Counted from the stretch's first letter, positions 1-10,150 are shown. The stretch: 64,000 nt of DNA from an uncultured Desulfobacteraceae bacterium (GCA_964442705.1 CAYUAQ010000002.1:5959-69958), one strand, 5' to 3'. Notes: generated by a model not told the origin, from the sequence alone. Numbers and translations: made by a program.

Positions 1-79
1 TCCGCCTCACCTCCTTGGGTGCTGAAATCGAAGAAAACCTTGCCGACAGCCGAAAGACGGCGTCATCCCGGCAGCCGCA

Positions 80-616
80 TCACTGGATGTCGCACTGGCC
101 CGAGGCGCCGTGAAAGCCAAGCTCCCAACCGATGCCGTCGATAAACTCGAACAGGGTGTAAACCGTTTCAAATTCAAACACATCCACCGAATCTCCGAAC
201 ACCACGTGTCTCAGCGGGCCCAGCCGCACGGACATATCCAGCAGGTGTGCTATACCAACGGCTTTCAGTTCGATGCCACTGTCCTCCGGTGCGCCCTTAA
301 AGGAGGTGAAAATCTCCAACCGCGGCTTTCCGGGGTATCCGATCATCTCCACGGTTTTCGAGAGCACCAGCTTTTTCCACCCGTCGCAGACGCAGCCGGC
401 GGCGGGGCTGCGGCGGTATTGGCGCAGGCATTCGGGAAAAAAGGGGTTCAGCCGACGTAGATCCGGGTGGGCCTCTATCAGGCGAAAGAAGCTCCTCAGG
501 GTGTAGCCCGACTCCAGCGAAACAGCCCGGCCGAGACAGGCCAGCGGGTCTTCTCCCGCCCTACCGGTGGCGGCTTGAATCGACCCGTTGCACGTTAAAA
601 TGATTTCGTCAGACAT
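80..616 (-). CDS. hypothetical protein, co-directional tail gene of the hmc operon
   Basis: 178-aa ORF starting 55 nt downstream of the hmcF stop on the same strand. Composition looks like a globular protein and I recognise no motif. Overlapping plus-strand ORFs are Arg/Gly/Pro-rich antisense artefacts. Confidence 0.5.
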   Translation of the reverse strand: MSDEIILTCNGSIQAATGRAGEDPLACLGRAVSLESGYTLRSFFRLIEAHPDLRRLNPFFPECLRQYRRSPAAGCVCDGWKKLVLSKTVEMIGYPGKPRLEIFTSFKGAPEDSGIELKAVGIAHLLDMSVRLGPLRHVVFGDSVDVFEFETVYTLFEFIDGIGWELGFHGASGQCDIQ

Positions 617-670
617 GCCGATTTTCCACTGAAGTGGTCCTTCCCAGGCCGGTTAACAGAAACCCCTCCG

Positions 671-2053
671 CTATGGCGGTGGTTTCAGATGATCCGGAAC
701 CACCACCATGCTCAGCAGAAGCGGCTTGAGGAAGGTCCAGCGTATGCCCACCTTGTAGATCTCTTCCATGTCCCGGATCGCATCCCAGCAGTTGTGACAG
801 GGCGCCACCACCAGCCGCGCGCCGGTGGCCAGAATCTGATCCCGCTTGACTATCAGGCCCACGTTGCGCTGCGGCCGGTAGCGGCCGATGCCGTTCAACC
901 CGCCGCCGCCCCCGCAGCAGAAGTTGTGTTCGCGGCAGGGCGTCATCTCCCGGAAGTCTTCGGCGACGTAACTCATGATTTCCCTGGCCACATCCCCCAG
1001 CCCGCCGTTTCGGATGTAGTTGCAGGAATCCTGGTAGGTCACCGGCTCCTTGATCTTCTTGGCAGGGTCGATTTTCAGCTTGCCGGTGCGCAGCGCTTCG
1101 GCCACCCACTCGACGTAGTGGATGCTCTCCACCGGTGTCTGGCCGCTTTTGATGCCCGCCCAGTAAGGGCCCTCGATGACCGTCGCCCGGTAGGCGTGCC
1201 CGCATTCGGTCACCACCATCCTCTTGGGTTTGAGCCGGTCCATGGCGGCATAGACATTTTCCACCTGCATCTTGCAGGCGGCCCAGTCGCCGGCGAACAT
1301 GGCCAGGCTGGTTTCCTCCCAGCCCTCGCTGGGGACCGTCCAGTTCTCCCCGGCCAGGTGGAACAGGATGGCCGCTTCGGCCAGGTCCTCGGGGTAGTGT
1401 TTGGGCTCACGCGCGTTGACCGTGTACATGATGTCGGCGTTCTGCCGGTCCACCGGTATGGTCAGGCCGGGCCAGTCGTCCTCGTACTCCTCGGCCATCC
1501 ACTCGCAGGTTTCCACCCAGTCCTGGCTGGTCACATCCATCTGTGCCCGGTAGATGCGGTGCATGCCCGTGCCGATCTTGAGCTCCCAGGGTACGAACCC
1601 CTGGGAGAACAGAAGCCCCCTGAGATAGCCGAACATGATGCCCATGTCTATGCCGAATGGGCAGTAGAGGCCGCAGCGCGTACAGCAGCTGCACTTGGCA
1701 TAGGCCGTGTCCATGCACATCTGCATGAAAGTGTTGTCCACCTTTCCCCGGCGCCGCACCATTTCCCCCAAGGTGGACTGAATCTTGTAGGAGGGCACCT
1801 GCGTGGGATCTCGGTCATTGGCAAGGTAGTAAAAGCAACTTTCGGCGCACATGCCGCAGTGTGCGCAGATTTCCAGCCAGGTCCGGATGCGCGATCTGCA
1901 GGTCTTCTTGATAGTGGCCCACAGCGCATCGCTGTCGACTTCCAGTTCATTCATCTCCTGGTAGTACTGCTTGCCGCTTTTGTCGGCCAGCAGGGCCTGA
2001 AGATGCTCCTTGGTGTCGACGGTTTTCTTATTGCACAGTGTTCCTTCCGGCAT
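671..2053 (-). CDS. hmcF: HmcF, HdrD/DsrK-like cytoplasmic Fe-S (CCG-domain) oxidoreductase subunit
   Basis: 460 aa. Ferredoxin-type Cys clusters ([23 protein letters not shown]) are followed by Cys-rich CCG-type motifs ([16 protein letters not shown]). It is the last gene in the canonical hmcABCDEF order. Confidence 0.85.
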   Translation of the reverse strand: MPEGTLCNKKTVDTKEHLQALLADKSGKQYYQEMNELEVDSDALWATIKKTCRSRIRTWLEICAHCGMCAESCFYYLANDRDPTQVPSYKIQSTLGEMVRRRGKVDNTFMQMCMDTAYAKCSCCTRCGLYCPFGIDMGIMFGYLRGLLFSQGFVPWELKIGTGMHRIYRAQMDVTSQDWVETCEWMAEEYEDDWPGLTIPVDRQNADIMYTVNAREPKHYPEDLAEAAILFHLAGENWTVPSEGWEETSLAMFAGDWAACKMQVENVYAAMDRLKPKRMVVTECGHAYRATVIEGPYWAGIKSGQTPVESIHYVEWVAEALRTGKLKIDPAKKIKEPVTYQDSCNYIRNGGLGDVAREIMSYVAEDFREMTPCREHNFCCGGGGGLNGIGRYRPQRNVGLIVKRDQILATGARLVVAPCHNCWDAIRDMEEIYKVGIRWTFLKPLLLSMVVVPDHLKPPP

Positions 2054-2103
2054 TGTTCCCTGTACTCCTGAAAGTTATTTGTGAAACTACCGCTGTCCGT
2101 CTG

Positions 2104-2781
2104 CTACCACGCCAGACCTTTGCCCTTCATGCCGCCGCGTTTGATGCCGTAGTCCATACCAATCTGTGCGCGAGACAGGAAAAACAGCACGAAATGCGAG
2201 AGCTTTGTGAGGGGAACGGCTATGAGCATCAGCTCACCCGTCAGTATATGTGCGATCAGCCAGAAATTATAGTTTCCCAGGTGGTGGTAGGCGAAAAAGC
2301 CGGTTACAAAGGGCGCCGCGGCGACGAAAATCAGGAGGATGTCATAGGGCTTGGTGAGGATTCTCACCTCCGCCAGTGCCAGCCGCCGCAGTACGAGAAT
2401 GACGGCACAGCATATGACCACGATGGTGAGGGCGTCTGAAACACCTTCCGGCATGCTCCACAGGGAAACTCCCCACCTCTCCTCGAGCAGCATATTATGG
2501 GCCAGCAGAAAAATCGGCGTAAGCAGCAGGCCCAGGTGAAAGGTGAATACCAGCACGGTGAATCCGGGATAAAAGCGCCAGCTGCGTGTGCCGAAAGGAA
2601 GCATCCAATAAAATATGGACCGCAGCGCACCCCGGATACCATGGAGAAGTTGTTCGCTGTAGGCCACCCGGTCCATCTGCCAGTCCAGTCCCCGTATGTA
2701 CCGGACAATCCGCACCAGCAGCCCTATGAAAAAGACGCCGAATGAGAGCCAGGCAAGAGGTCCGGTTACGAATTCATACAT
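2104..2781 (-). CDS. hmcE: HmcE, NarI/DsrM-like membrane b-type cytochrome subunit
   Basis: Polytopic hydrophobic protein with conserved His in the TM helices. The ATG at 2781 (MYEFVTGPLAWL...) is preceded by GAGGA; the track ORF extends to a TTG at 2799. Confidence 0.75.
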   Translation of the reverse strand: MYEFVTGPLAWLSFGVFFIGLLVRIVRYIRGLDWQMDRVAYSEQLLHGIRGALRSIFYWMLPFGTRSWRFYPGFTVLVFTFHLGLLLTPIFLLAHNMLLEERWGVSLWSMPEGVSDALTIVVICCAVILVLRRLALAEVRILTKPYDILLIFVAAAPFVTGFFAYHHLGNYNFWLIAHILTGELMLIAVPLTKLSHFVLFFLSRAQIGMDYGIKRGGMKGKGLAW

Positions 2782-2815
2782 GCCGTTATCCTCGCTCAAA
2801 TGAGTTGTAAAAGGG

Positions 2816-2947
2816 TCAGTCCCCGTCCCGGCCGGTCAGGAAAAGCCAGTAACCGCAGATGCCGATCAGCGATGCCACGACCAGCAGGTAGGTCACGGAC
2901 TCGGTGTGCAGCATGAACTGATGCAGCGTGTAAAATCCATTTTCCAT
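2816..2947 (-). CDS. hmcD: HmcD-like small single-TM membrane protein
   Basis: Not in the supplied ORF track; found by translating the 176-nt gap between hmcC and hmcE. ATG at 2947, TGA at 2816-2818, 43 aa: MENGFYTLHQFMLHTESVTYLLVVASLIGICGYWLFLTGRDGD. Size, one TM helix and position fit HmcD. Confidence 0.55.
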   Translation of the reverse strand: MENGFYTLHQFMLHTESVTYLLVVASLIGICGYWLFLTGRDGD

Positions 2948-2975
2948 ATCAACCCCCCCGGCACCGGTTCGCAGA

Positions 2976-4151
2976 TCAATGCGTGTCGGCGTAGTCCGGA
3001 TGCTCGTAAAAGATGGGCATGCGCGTTACGATGAACCTGAAAGCGATCAGGCCAATGGTTACCAGAAACAGTGATATGGCGATCTCCATCCAGTGCGGCA
3101 CGTACCGCTCGCTGGAAGGTAAGTGCCAGTTGAACGCAATCACCGACACGTTGAGCCGATTCAAAACGACTCCCATGACCGTCCACAGGGATGTCCAGCG
3201 GATCAGGCCTAGATTCTTTTCGCGAACGCCGATGGCATAGGAAAAAGCGGGCAGCGCCACGAATCCGACGATCTCCACCAGGTACCAGGCACCGTAGCCC
3301 GTGGCCAGCAGATGCCATCCGTTGGACGAGGCGATGCCGATCAGCTTGATGATAAAGTAGCCGGCCAGCGCAAAAGAGGCGGCTTTTCCGAAGCCCAGGG
3401 TGACCTGTGGATTTTCCTGCAGATGGGCTGCATCCATCTTGTCTTTGAAATAGCGGTGGGAAAGCGTGCTCTCGAAAATTACCATGGATAGCCCGGCGAT
3501 GATGCTGGAGACAAAGAAATAGATCGGAATGTAGCTGGAGTACCACAGCGGATGCAGCTTGGAGGGGGCGATTAAAAACAGCGCCCCCAGCGAAGACTGG
3601 TGCAGCGTGGAGAGCACCACACCGAAAATGGTCAGCACCAGCGTCAATCGAACCACCAGTTTGCGCACCCTGGTGAATCCCAGCCACTCCAGTGCTGCCG
3701 GTGAATACTCCAGGAAAAGCACGCTGAGATAAAGGGCCACACAGGCGGCCACTTCAAACAGCAGCGACGTGGTGCCCTGCTGAACGAAAAAAGGATACGG
3801 TAGCCGCCAGGGCCGGCCGACATCGTAGTTCAGCGCCAGCACCACCAGCGCGTATCCCAGAAAACCGGTGAGCACCGCCGGTCTCACGGCCGAATGGTAT
3901 TTCTTCATACCGAAGATATACACCGCCGCCGATGTGACATAGCCGCCGGCCGCCAGCGCGACGCCCACCAGCAGGTCGAAGCCGATCCAGATGCCCCAGG
4001 GGTTGTAATCCGACAGGTTGGTAACCGCCCCCAGCCCCTTGGTGAAACGCAGAACGGTAATCACCAGCCCAATGACCACAATGATCCCGGCAACCACGTT
4101 AAAAGGCGAAAACAAGGGTTTGCCTGCCGCCGTTTTCAGCTCAGCCATCAA
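2976..4151 (-). CDS. hmcC: HmcC, NrfD/PsrC-like integral membrane quinone-interacting subunit
   Basis: 391 aa, about 10 hydrophobic helices. ATGA start/stop overlap with hmcB. Position in the operon fits. Confidence 0.85.
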   Translation of the reverse strand: MMAELKTAAGKPLFSPFNVVAGIIVVIGLVITVLRFTKGLGAVTNLSDYNPWGIWIGFDLLVGVALAAGGYVTSAAVYIFGMKKYHSAVRPAVLTGFLGYALVVLALNYDVGRPWRLPYPFFVQQGTTSLLFEVAACVALYLSVLFLEYSPAALEWLGFTRVRKLVVRLTLVLTIFGVVLSTLHQSSLGALFLIAPSKLHPLWYSSYIPIYFFVSSIIAGLSMVIFESTLSHRYFKDKMDAAHLQENPQVTLGFGKAASFALAGYFIIKLIGIASSNGWHLLATGYGAWYLVEIVGFVALPAFSYAIGVREKNLGLIRWTSLWTVMGVVLNRLNVSVIAFNWHLPSSERYVPHWMEIAISLFLVTIGLIAFRFIVTRMPIFYEHPDYADTH

Positions 4152-5224
4152 CCGTCCTCCCGATCCTGCGACCCCGCGGATTCGTCATCCAGCTTGCGAG
4201 CCTCTTCAAGCGCTTTTTCCACTTCCCTCTTTACCGCGTCCTGCTTTTCTTTCTCAGCCTTGGCAAGCGCTTCGGAGAGCTTGGCCTGGGCTTTCTCGGA
4301 AGCGGCCTCGAAGGCTTCATCCAACGCCGCCTGCTTTTCTTGGGCGGCGATCTTGTCCCTGCGCCGGTTTATGGCATAGATGCCGGTCAGCAGCACCGGC
4401 CACAGCCCCACCACCATGGGCACTGCCCCCAGGGCGCCGGCCGTCAGCTGGGGCGCCGGTGTGTTGCCCAGATCCTCGCGCATCCCCAGGCTGCTGAAGG
4501 CGACACCGGAAAGGTACAGCCAGCTGGTGCCCCCCATTTCCTGTTCACCGTAAATGTGATCGACGTATTTACCGGGATGCTTGGCCATGCGCTGCCGGGC
4601 GATTTTGATCAAATCTTCGCGCCGACCGAAGGTAAGCGCCTCCACCGGACAGGCCTGAACGCAGCCCGGCAGCAGCCCCTTGGTGATGCGCGGGTGGCAC
4701 AGGGTGCATTTTCTGACCCGCGGCGTCAGGGCGTTGTCGTACTCATAAGCCGGGATCTCAAAGGGACAGGCGATCAGGCAGTATCGGCATCCCACGCACA
4801 CCGACGCATCGTAGACCACAGCACCGGTTTCGGTCTTAGTGAAGGCCCGCACGAAGCACACCGACGCACAGGCTGGTTCCAGACAGTGATTGCACTGGAT
4901 TTTACGGTATACCGGACTGCCGGCGTGCCCCGCACCGTCGTACCGGTTGACCACCGTGTAAGCAGCGGCATCGGTTCTGCGTTGGCGGTCCAGCACCGAC
5001 AGGTCGTCAAAGGGTTGCTGCGGTGCGGGCAGATCGTTTACGCGGTTGCATGCGGCTTCACAGCGGCGGCATCCTAGGCACAGGACATTGTCGAAAAGAA
5101 CGCCCAGGCTGTCGGGGTACCCGCTGAAATGGGTGTTGGTGGTTGCGCCGGCGGTGGCCGCCAGTGTGGAGGTGGCGCCCGCTGCGCCTAACCATCCAAG
5201 AAACTGTCTGCGAGATATGAACAT
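4148..5224 (-). CDS. hmcB: HmcB, periplasmic 4x[4Fe-4S] ferredoxin-like subunit with C-terminal anchor
   Basis: Twin-arginine signal ([17 protein letters not shown]). Four CxxCxxCxxxC(P)-type clusters, one C-terminal TM helix and a Lys/Glu-rich cytoplasmic tail. Confidence 0.85.
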   Translation of the reverse strand: MFISRRQFLGWLGAAGATSTLAATAGATTNTHFSGYPDSLGVLFDNVLCLGCRRCEAACNRVNDLPAPQQPFDDLSVLDRQRRTDAAAYTVVNRYDGAGHAGSPVYRKIQCNHCLEPACASVCFVRAFTKTETGAVVYDASVCVGCRYCLIACPFEIPAYEYDNALTPRVRKCTLCHPRITKGLLPGCVQACPVEALTFGRREDLIKIARQRMAKHPGKYVDHIYGEQEMGGTSWLYLSGVAFSSLGMREDLGNTPAPQLTAGALGAVPMVVGLWPVLLTGIYAINRRRDKIAAQEKQAALDEAFEAASEKAQAKLSEALAKAEKEKQDAVKREVEKALEEARKLDDESAGSQDREDG

Positions 5225-5245
5225 GGCAACGTACCTCGACCAGGG

Positions 5246-6862
5246 TTAAGATGCGGTTCTTTTCTTGTGACAGGCGGTACAGTCCCGGGATGCGGGCTTT
5301 TCGATCCCCATGGCCTTGTGGCATGTCATGCACTGCTGATGATAGGCCCCCATGAGTCCCGGCTTCAGGGGGTCATCCCCCTTGCCGAAGGGCTTGCCGT
5401 GGCAGCTCTTGCAGGCCGGAGGTTTCTGCTGCGCAGGACTGTTATGATGACATCCCTGGCATAGCGTGGCTGCGTCGGGGTGGAAATACCCGGCCAAGCG
5501 GCTGGCGGCCACATCCTTCCTCAGTGCGTGGACGATTTTGCGGTGGGGAAGTTCGACCGCCTGGTACTCTTCGGTCAATCCCGCTATGGTTACCTTCTCC
5601 GGAATCTGATCATCGGAGATTGCTTCCGGGAACATTTCTTTTACGGCCTTCAGCAGCCGGACGGCCTTCGAGAGCGTGGCGGACACCGTGGACTGATCGC
5701 CCGGCAGGGGACCCTTATGACATTTGACGCAGGCAGCCGCATCCTGCGACACCGGCGCAATGGGGGCCGTATGACAGCCGGCACAGCTTCCGGCTGCCTG
5801 GGCGGCGGCGTGGCACCCCCGGCAGCTGCGCCGGGATTTCAGCTGGTGCATGACCGTTTCCAGTTTGATCTGCTGCCCCTTCCGGCTTCCGCCGACCGTG
5901 TGGCAGCTGGCGCAGGAGGCCAGATCCTCATGGTGGCATACCCGGCAGCTCTGGGCGGACTTCTCGTGGGCTTCGTGGTCAAACGGCACCATCCGCATGC
6001 CCGCGCGCTGCCCCTGTTGCGGGGACTGGTCAGCCGCGACCTTGACAAACACCGCATCCGGCTGACCCATTTTCATGCGCGGCACCGGGCCGATCTTTTC
6101 GATGGCGGCCTGCCGCTCGGCACTGTGGCAGCCGACACACGCCTGCGGCCCGGCAGCCATCTTCTTGGCCACCCGCTGCTGATGACAGCCGATACAGGCC
6201 AGGTGAAAGGCCTGCTGCGCGGAAATGCGATTTTCCTGCTTTTCTTTTTTGTGGCAGTAGCGGCAGGTGCCCTCCCGTCCCTTGACGTAAACCAGCTTCT
6301 TGGTCTTTTCGTCATACGCGTGGTGGCATTGCTGACATTTATTGTCCAGCGCTTTGGCGTGCCGGTAATGCAGGGACCTATCGAACCCGAAGGGCTGCCA
6401 GGAGGAAACCACGGTTGGTTGCGGCGTGTGGCACTTCCCGCAGACCACCGGACCGCTTTTTTCGCCGGCCGAGCGCGTCTGCCGGTGGCAGCGGATGCAG
6501 TTGTTGTGGTAGGTATCCATGACGGCCTGGCGGCTCTCGTCTCCAAGCCGCTTGAATTTCGTCGAGAGGCCGTTTTTATCCTGCTCGTGGCAGGTGCGAC
6601 AGCCGCGGTTTTGCTTGCCAAGGGCGGTGGTGTGGAGGCTGTGGAGAAAGGTGACCGGCGGCCTTTCCAGTTTTCGGAACACTTTCATCCCGTCGATGGT
6701 CACAATGTCCGCACGTGCGCCGACACCTTCGACGGCCTTGTCGGGCATCAAGACGGCTCCCAGCCATCCCGCCGTCAAAAAGACGGCCGCACCCGCCAGG
6801 ATGACCATAGTGAGGAAAATTCCGGCCCGACTCCGAAAAAACCTGCCTGTCTGCATATCCAC
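5246..6862 (-). CDS. hmcA: HmcA, high-molecular-weight 16-heme cytochrome c
   Basis: 538 aa with an N-terminal signal/anchor. I count 16 CxxCH motifs: CRTCH, CIRCH, CGKCH, CQQCH, CRYCH, CIGCH, CVGCH, CRVCH, CASCH, CRGCH, CAGCH, CVKCH, CQGCH, CKSCH, CMTCH, CTACH. Confidence 0.92.
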   Translation of the reverse strand: MDMQTGRFFRSRAGIFLTMVILAGAAVFLTAGWLGAVLMPDKAVEGVGARADIVTIDGMKVFRKLERPPVTFLHSLHTTALGKQNRGCRTCHEQDKNGLSTKFKRLGDESRQAVMDTYHNNCIRCHRQTRSAGEKSGPVVCGKCHTPQPTVVSSWQPFGFDRSLHYRHAKALDNKCQQCHHAYDEKTKKLVYVKGREGTCRYCHKKEKQENRISAQQAFHLACIGCHQQRVAKKMAAGPQACVGCHSAERQAAIEKIGPVPRMKMGQPDAVFVKVAADQSPQQGQRAGMRMVPFDHEAHEKSAQSCRVCHHEDLASCASCHTVGGSRKGQQIKLETVMHQLKSRRSCRGCHAAAQAAGSCAGCHTAPIAPVSQDAAACVKCHKGPLPGDQSTVSATLSKAVRLLKAVKEMFPEAISDDQIPEKVTIAGLTEEYQAVELPHRKIVHALRKDVAASRLAGYFHPDAATLCQGCHHNSPAQQKPPACKSCHGKPFGKGDDPLKPGLMGAYHQQCMTCHKAMGIEKPASRDCTACHKKRTAS

Positions 6863-6915
6863 TCCCTCACGTGTTGAATAGGTTGGCGTCTATCCACAGA
6901 CGGTAACTGCGTCAT

Positions 6916-7398
6916 TTACGAAGACGCTGCGGGATGATCCTTTCCGATAGCTTTGATTGCGTTCATACCCGGCTCCAGCAGACGCTTTTCGTTGTTCAGC
7001 AGATCCTGAAGCGTGGTTCGGTCGTAAATGTCGGCGACGGCATCTCTGACCTCTTGCCACATGGGCATGAAAGCGCAGTTGCCTGTAAAGGGGCAGGCGT
7101 CTTTGCTCTCGCAGTGATCGCATTTTATGCCGCCCAGATCTCCCTGGAGAAACCTGAGAATCTCACCGACGGTAATCTGATCCGGCGGTTTCACCAGATA
7201 ATAGCCGCCGTAAAACCCCCTTTTGGAATCGATGATGCCGCTGCCCTTCAGTTGGTGCAGGATAACCTCGAGAAAACGAATGGGGATGGCCTGTACGCTG
7301 GCGATCTTGGATATCTTAACGGGGCCCTGCCCCTTTTTTTTCGCGAGCTCGAAAAGCGCCCGAATGGCGTACTGGCTCTTTTTGCGGGTTAACAACAT
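6916..7398 (-). CDS. Rrf2-family transcriptional regulator (Cys-containing, possibly Fe-S)
   Basis: N-terminal wHTH typical of Rrf2/IscR (LTRKKSQYAIRALFELAK...PVKISKIASVQAIPIRFLEVILHQLK). C-terminal Cys cluster (CDHCESKDACPFTGNC). Start taken at MLLTRK (7398); the ORF extends to 7425. Lies 53 nt upstream of hmcA. Confidence 0.85.
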   Translation of the reverse strand: MLLTRKKSQYAIRALFELAKKKGQGPVKISKIASVQAIPIRFLEVILHQLKGSGIIDSKRGFYGGYYLVKPPDQITVGEILRFLQGDLGGIKCDHCESKDACPFTGNCAFMPMWQEVRDAVADIYDRTTLQDLLNNEKRLLEPGMNAIKAIGKDHPAASS

Positions 7399-7453
7399 GA
7401 ATCCGGAACTGCCGCCTTTCCTCACGTAGGGAAGTGGGGTATCTCATTTACAG

Positions 7454-7484
7454 GGGCTCGAAAAAGATCTTCTTTTGCGAGCCC
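7454..7484. other. hairpin (GGGCTCG...CGAGCCC) in the rrf2 leader / divergent intergenic region
   Basis: Perfect 7-bp arms at 7454-7460 and 7478-7484. The loop is itself partly self-complementary (AAAAAGATCTTCTTTT). No U-tract on either strand, so it is not a classic terminator. Confidence 0.3.
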
Positions 7485-7487
7485 GTC

Positions 7488-7512
7488 AATCTTGACTATT
7501 TTAGTCAGGTTG
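7488..7512. promoter_or_regulatory. candidate Rrf2/IscR-type operator (GACT-N5-AGTC core)
   Basis: TCTTGACTATTTTAGTCAGGT: the core GACT-ATTTT-AGTC (7494-7506) fits the GACTRwwwYAGTC core of the IscR type-1 site as I recall it. A second related inverted repeat, TCTTGA-N9-TCAAGA, lies at 7515-7535. Confidence 0.4.
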
Positions 7513-7521
7513 TTTCTTGAT

Positions 7522-7551
7522 CTAATAAGTCAAGATACCGAGGTTTGTCAA
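7522..7551 (-). promoter_or_regulatory. candidate sigma-70-type promoter of rrf2-hmc
   Basis: On the minus strand: TTGACA (7551-7546), 18 nt, TATTAG (7527-7522). It overlaps the second inverted repeat and sits just upstream of the GACT/AGTC operator, an autorepression-like layout. Confidence 0.35.
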
Positions 7552-7769
7552 ATATTTTTTTACCCCCCCCCTGCATCGCCGTCGGCAACTCCGGCATGCC
7601 TGGGGCACAGATAGTCATGAATTTTCTGGGAAATGACAATCGGGGTTGACAACTCCTGGTGATTATGATCGATTTTCCCTTTTTAAAGCTAAACCGTCAG
7701 CCGGTTGCGCTGAACGTGGTCCGTTCACCGACAACTTGCAGTCGTTGAAACCCTGAAATCGTTGATCCC

Positions 7770-8987
7770 ATGAAATCCCTTTATGTCATTTCTGCCGTAG
7801 GCAGAGATAAACCCGGTCTGGTCTATTCCGTAACCCGTGTCCTGGCCCAAGCCGGCATAAACATCGTCGACATCGATGCCCGCTCGGTGCGGGGACACTT
7901 TTCCATGTTCCTGGTGGTCGATCTGGCGCCGTCGAACTGCTCCTACGAAGAAATGGAGCGGCGGCTGGCGCCGGTTCACAAGGAATTCGACCTGGGTCTG
8001 CGCACGGAGCCCTATGAGGCCGGCCGTCGCAAGGCTCATAAACGCCTGATGGTGTTGACGGTCATGGGTGCCGACCGGCCCGGCATCGTGGCCGAGGTTT
8101 CCGGCATATGCGCCCGGCACAGCGTCAACATCGAATCGGTAAAAATGATCGCCCGGGGGGAATACATTGCCAGTGAATTTTCGGTGGACACCTCCGATCT
8201 CGAAGACGTGTCCATGTTCCGCAGGGTAATGTATGAATTTTCAAGCCGCACCGGCCTGGATGTATCGCTGCGCGATGATGATATATTCCAAAAGCCCAAA
8301 CGTGTGGTCGTATTTGACTGCGACAGCACCCTCATCCGCGCCGAAGTCATCGACGAGCTTGCCAAGGTTGCCGGGGTCGGTGATCATGTACGGCGGGTGA
8401 CTGCCAGGGCCATGAACGGCGAAATCGATTTCAACCAGGCCGTCCGCGAGCGGGTGACCCTGTTGAAGGGGCTGACGATCAAGCAGTTGGAGATGCTCAC
8501 CAAATCCATCGAACTGACCGAGGGAACCGAGGAGTTGATCTCGGCACTGCACTTCATGGGGTATAAGGTCGGGGTCATCTCCGGCGGGTTTACGTTTTTT
8601 ACGGACTACCTGAAAAAGCACCTCAATCTGGACTATGTTTACGCCAATGAACTGGAAATCGAAAACGGCGTCACCACAGGCAAAATAAAGGGCAAGATCA
8701 TCGACGCCCGCCGCAAGGGGGAGATTATCCAGGAAATCGCCAAGCATGAAAACATCTCAGCCGACCAGATCGTCGCCATCGGAGACGGTGCCAATGACTG
8801 CTTCATGCTGCAAAACGCCGGACTTGCCATTGCCTTCTGCCCCAAGGAGATTCTCAAGGAATACAGTGACGGCATGATCACCCATGACAACATCGCCGGT
8901 CTGCTGTACTTCATGGGTGTCCCCGATAGCGACCAGGAAAGAATCAAAAAAGTCAACGGCAAGACCGGTCACAAAGATAAATCCTGA
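7770..8987 (+). CDS. serB: phosphoserine phosphatase SerB with two N-terminal ACT domains
   Basis: 405 aa. ACT-like repeats (VISAVGRDKPGLVYSVTRVLAQAGINI; LTVMGADRPGIVAEVSGICARHSVNI). HAD motif I VVVFDCDSTLI and motif IV GDGANDC. Confidence 0.9.
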   Translation: MKSLYVISAVGRDKPGLVYSVTRVLAQAGINIVDIDARSVRGHFSMFLVVDLAPSNCSYEEMERRLAPVHKEFDLGLRTEPYEAGRRKAHKRLMVLTVMGADRPGIVAEVSGICARHSVNIESVKMIARGEYIASEFSVDTSDLEDVSMFRRVMYEFSSRTGLDVSLRDDDIFQKPKRVVVFDCDSTLIRAEVIDELAKVAGVGDHVRRVTARAMNGEIDFNQAVRERVTLLKGLTIKQLEMLTKSIELTEGTEELISALHFMGYKVGVISGGFTFFTDYLKKHLNLDYVYANELEIENGVTTGKIKGKIIDARRKGEIIQEIAKHENISADQIVAIGDGANDCFMLQNAGLAIAFCPKEILKEYSDGMITHDNIAGLLYFMGVPDSDQERIKKVNGKTGHKDKS

Positions 8988-9022
8988 GCCGGCGTGCCGC
9001 CCCTCGTACCTCTTGCACATCG

Positions 9023-10150
9023 TCAGGCCGGCAGGCGGATCGTAAAACGGGTTCCCACTCCCTTGCGCGAATCGACCCAAAGACGCCCGCCGTGCCCATC
9101 GACGATCTTCTTGGTGAGCATCAGCCCCAGACCGGTTCCGCGACTGCCCTTGGTGGTAAAAAACATCTGAAACAGTTTTGCGCGGGTTTTTTCATCCATC
9201 CCGCAGCCGGTATCGGCCACCGTGTAGGTGACGCCCCGGTCCCCGGTTTTTTCCGTGTGAATAGCCACCTTCCTTGGCCGCCCGTCTTCGGCTTCCAAAG
9301 TGCAGGCGTCGATGGCGTTGGTCACCAGATTGAGCAGGCAGCGGTATATGCCTTCGGGATCCATCATCACCGGTTGGAGGGTGTCGTCCAGCCGTGCCTC
9401 CAGCATCACCCCCGCCTCCCGGGCCCTGGGCTGCATCAGCTGGAGGACCTCCCGGGCCGGCAGGTTGGGATCACACCGGCGACGGCGGATTTCGGCTGGT
9501 TTGGCGTAGTCGAGAAGATCCATGGAGAGCCGCGTGATCTTTTCGACATTGCCGCGCACCAGGTGCCAACCCTCGTCGAGCAGCTGCCGGTCGGCCAGCC
9601 TGATGCCCTGCTCCAGGACGAAGGTGCCCCCCTTGAGGCCGCTGGCGATGTTTTTGATGGCATGTGCCAGTCCTGCGGCGGTCTCCCCCACCGCCGCCAA
9701 CCGCTGGGCCTCGAGGAGCCGGGCGGTTTTCTCTTCCACCAGCTGTTCCAGCTTCTCGGTGTAGGTCCTGAGCTGGCGTTTGAGTTCGATTCTTTCACGG
9801 GCCCTTTTCAGGGCGACTTCCAGGGCCTCCTCGTTGATGGGCTTGGTGATGAAATCCGTGGCTTCGAACTTCAGGCTTTTGATGGCCAGGTCGATGTCGC
9901 CGTGGCCGGTGATCATGATCACTTCCGTATCCGGCCGGAGATCCTTGATCGCCCGCAGCAGGTCGATACCGTCCATACCGGGCATCTTGATGTCGGTGAT
10001 CACGATGGGCGGCTGCATGTCGTCAAAAAGGCGCAGCGCCTGCTCACCGCTCTGGGCCGTGAAAACGTCGTAGCCGCTGTCCTTCAGTGAGATTCCCAGC
10101 ACCTTGCAGATACCGGCTTCGTCGTCAACCAGCAGGATCTTCGTTTTCAT
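9023..10150 (-). CDS. hybrid response-regulator receiver / histidine kinase
   Basis: 375 aa. REC domain (KILLVDDE...TDIKMPGMDG...KP), coiled coil, H-box-like GLAHAIKN, then HATPase_c (DTGCGM...GTGLGL). ATGA overlap with the upstream kinase gene. Confidence 0.85.
   Translation of the reverse strand: MKTKILLVDDEAGICKVLGISLKDSGYDVFTAQSGEQALRLFDDMQPPIVITDIKMPGMDGIDLLRAIKDLRPDTEVIMITGHGDIDLAIKSLKFEATDFITKPINEEALEVALKRARERIELKRQLRTYTEKLEQLVEEKTARLLEAQRLAAVGETAAGLAHAIKNIASGLKGGTFVLEQGIRLADRQLLDEGWHLVRGNVEKITRLSMDLLDYAKPAEIRRRRCDPNLPAREVLQLMQPRAREAGVMLEARLDDTLQPVMMDPEGIYRCLLNLVTNAIDACTLEAEDGRPRKVAIHTEKTGDRGVTYTVADTGCGMDEKTRAKLFQMFFTTKGSRGTGLGLMLTKKIVDGHGGRLWVDSRKGVGTRFTIRLPA

Noticed and set aside
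689-2071. 460-aa plus-strand ORF mirroring hmcF
   Set aside because: It is exactly antisense to a gene with clear Fe-S/CCG motifs. Its translation is Ala/Gly/Pro/His/Arg-rich low-complexity sequence with no motif. This is a typical high-GC antisense ORF artefact.
5480-6877. 465-aa plus-strand ORF opposite hmcA
   Set aside because: Antisense to the 16-heme cytochrome gene. Arg/Gly/Ala-rich with no recognisable domain.
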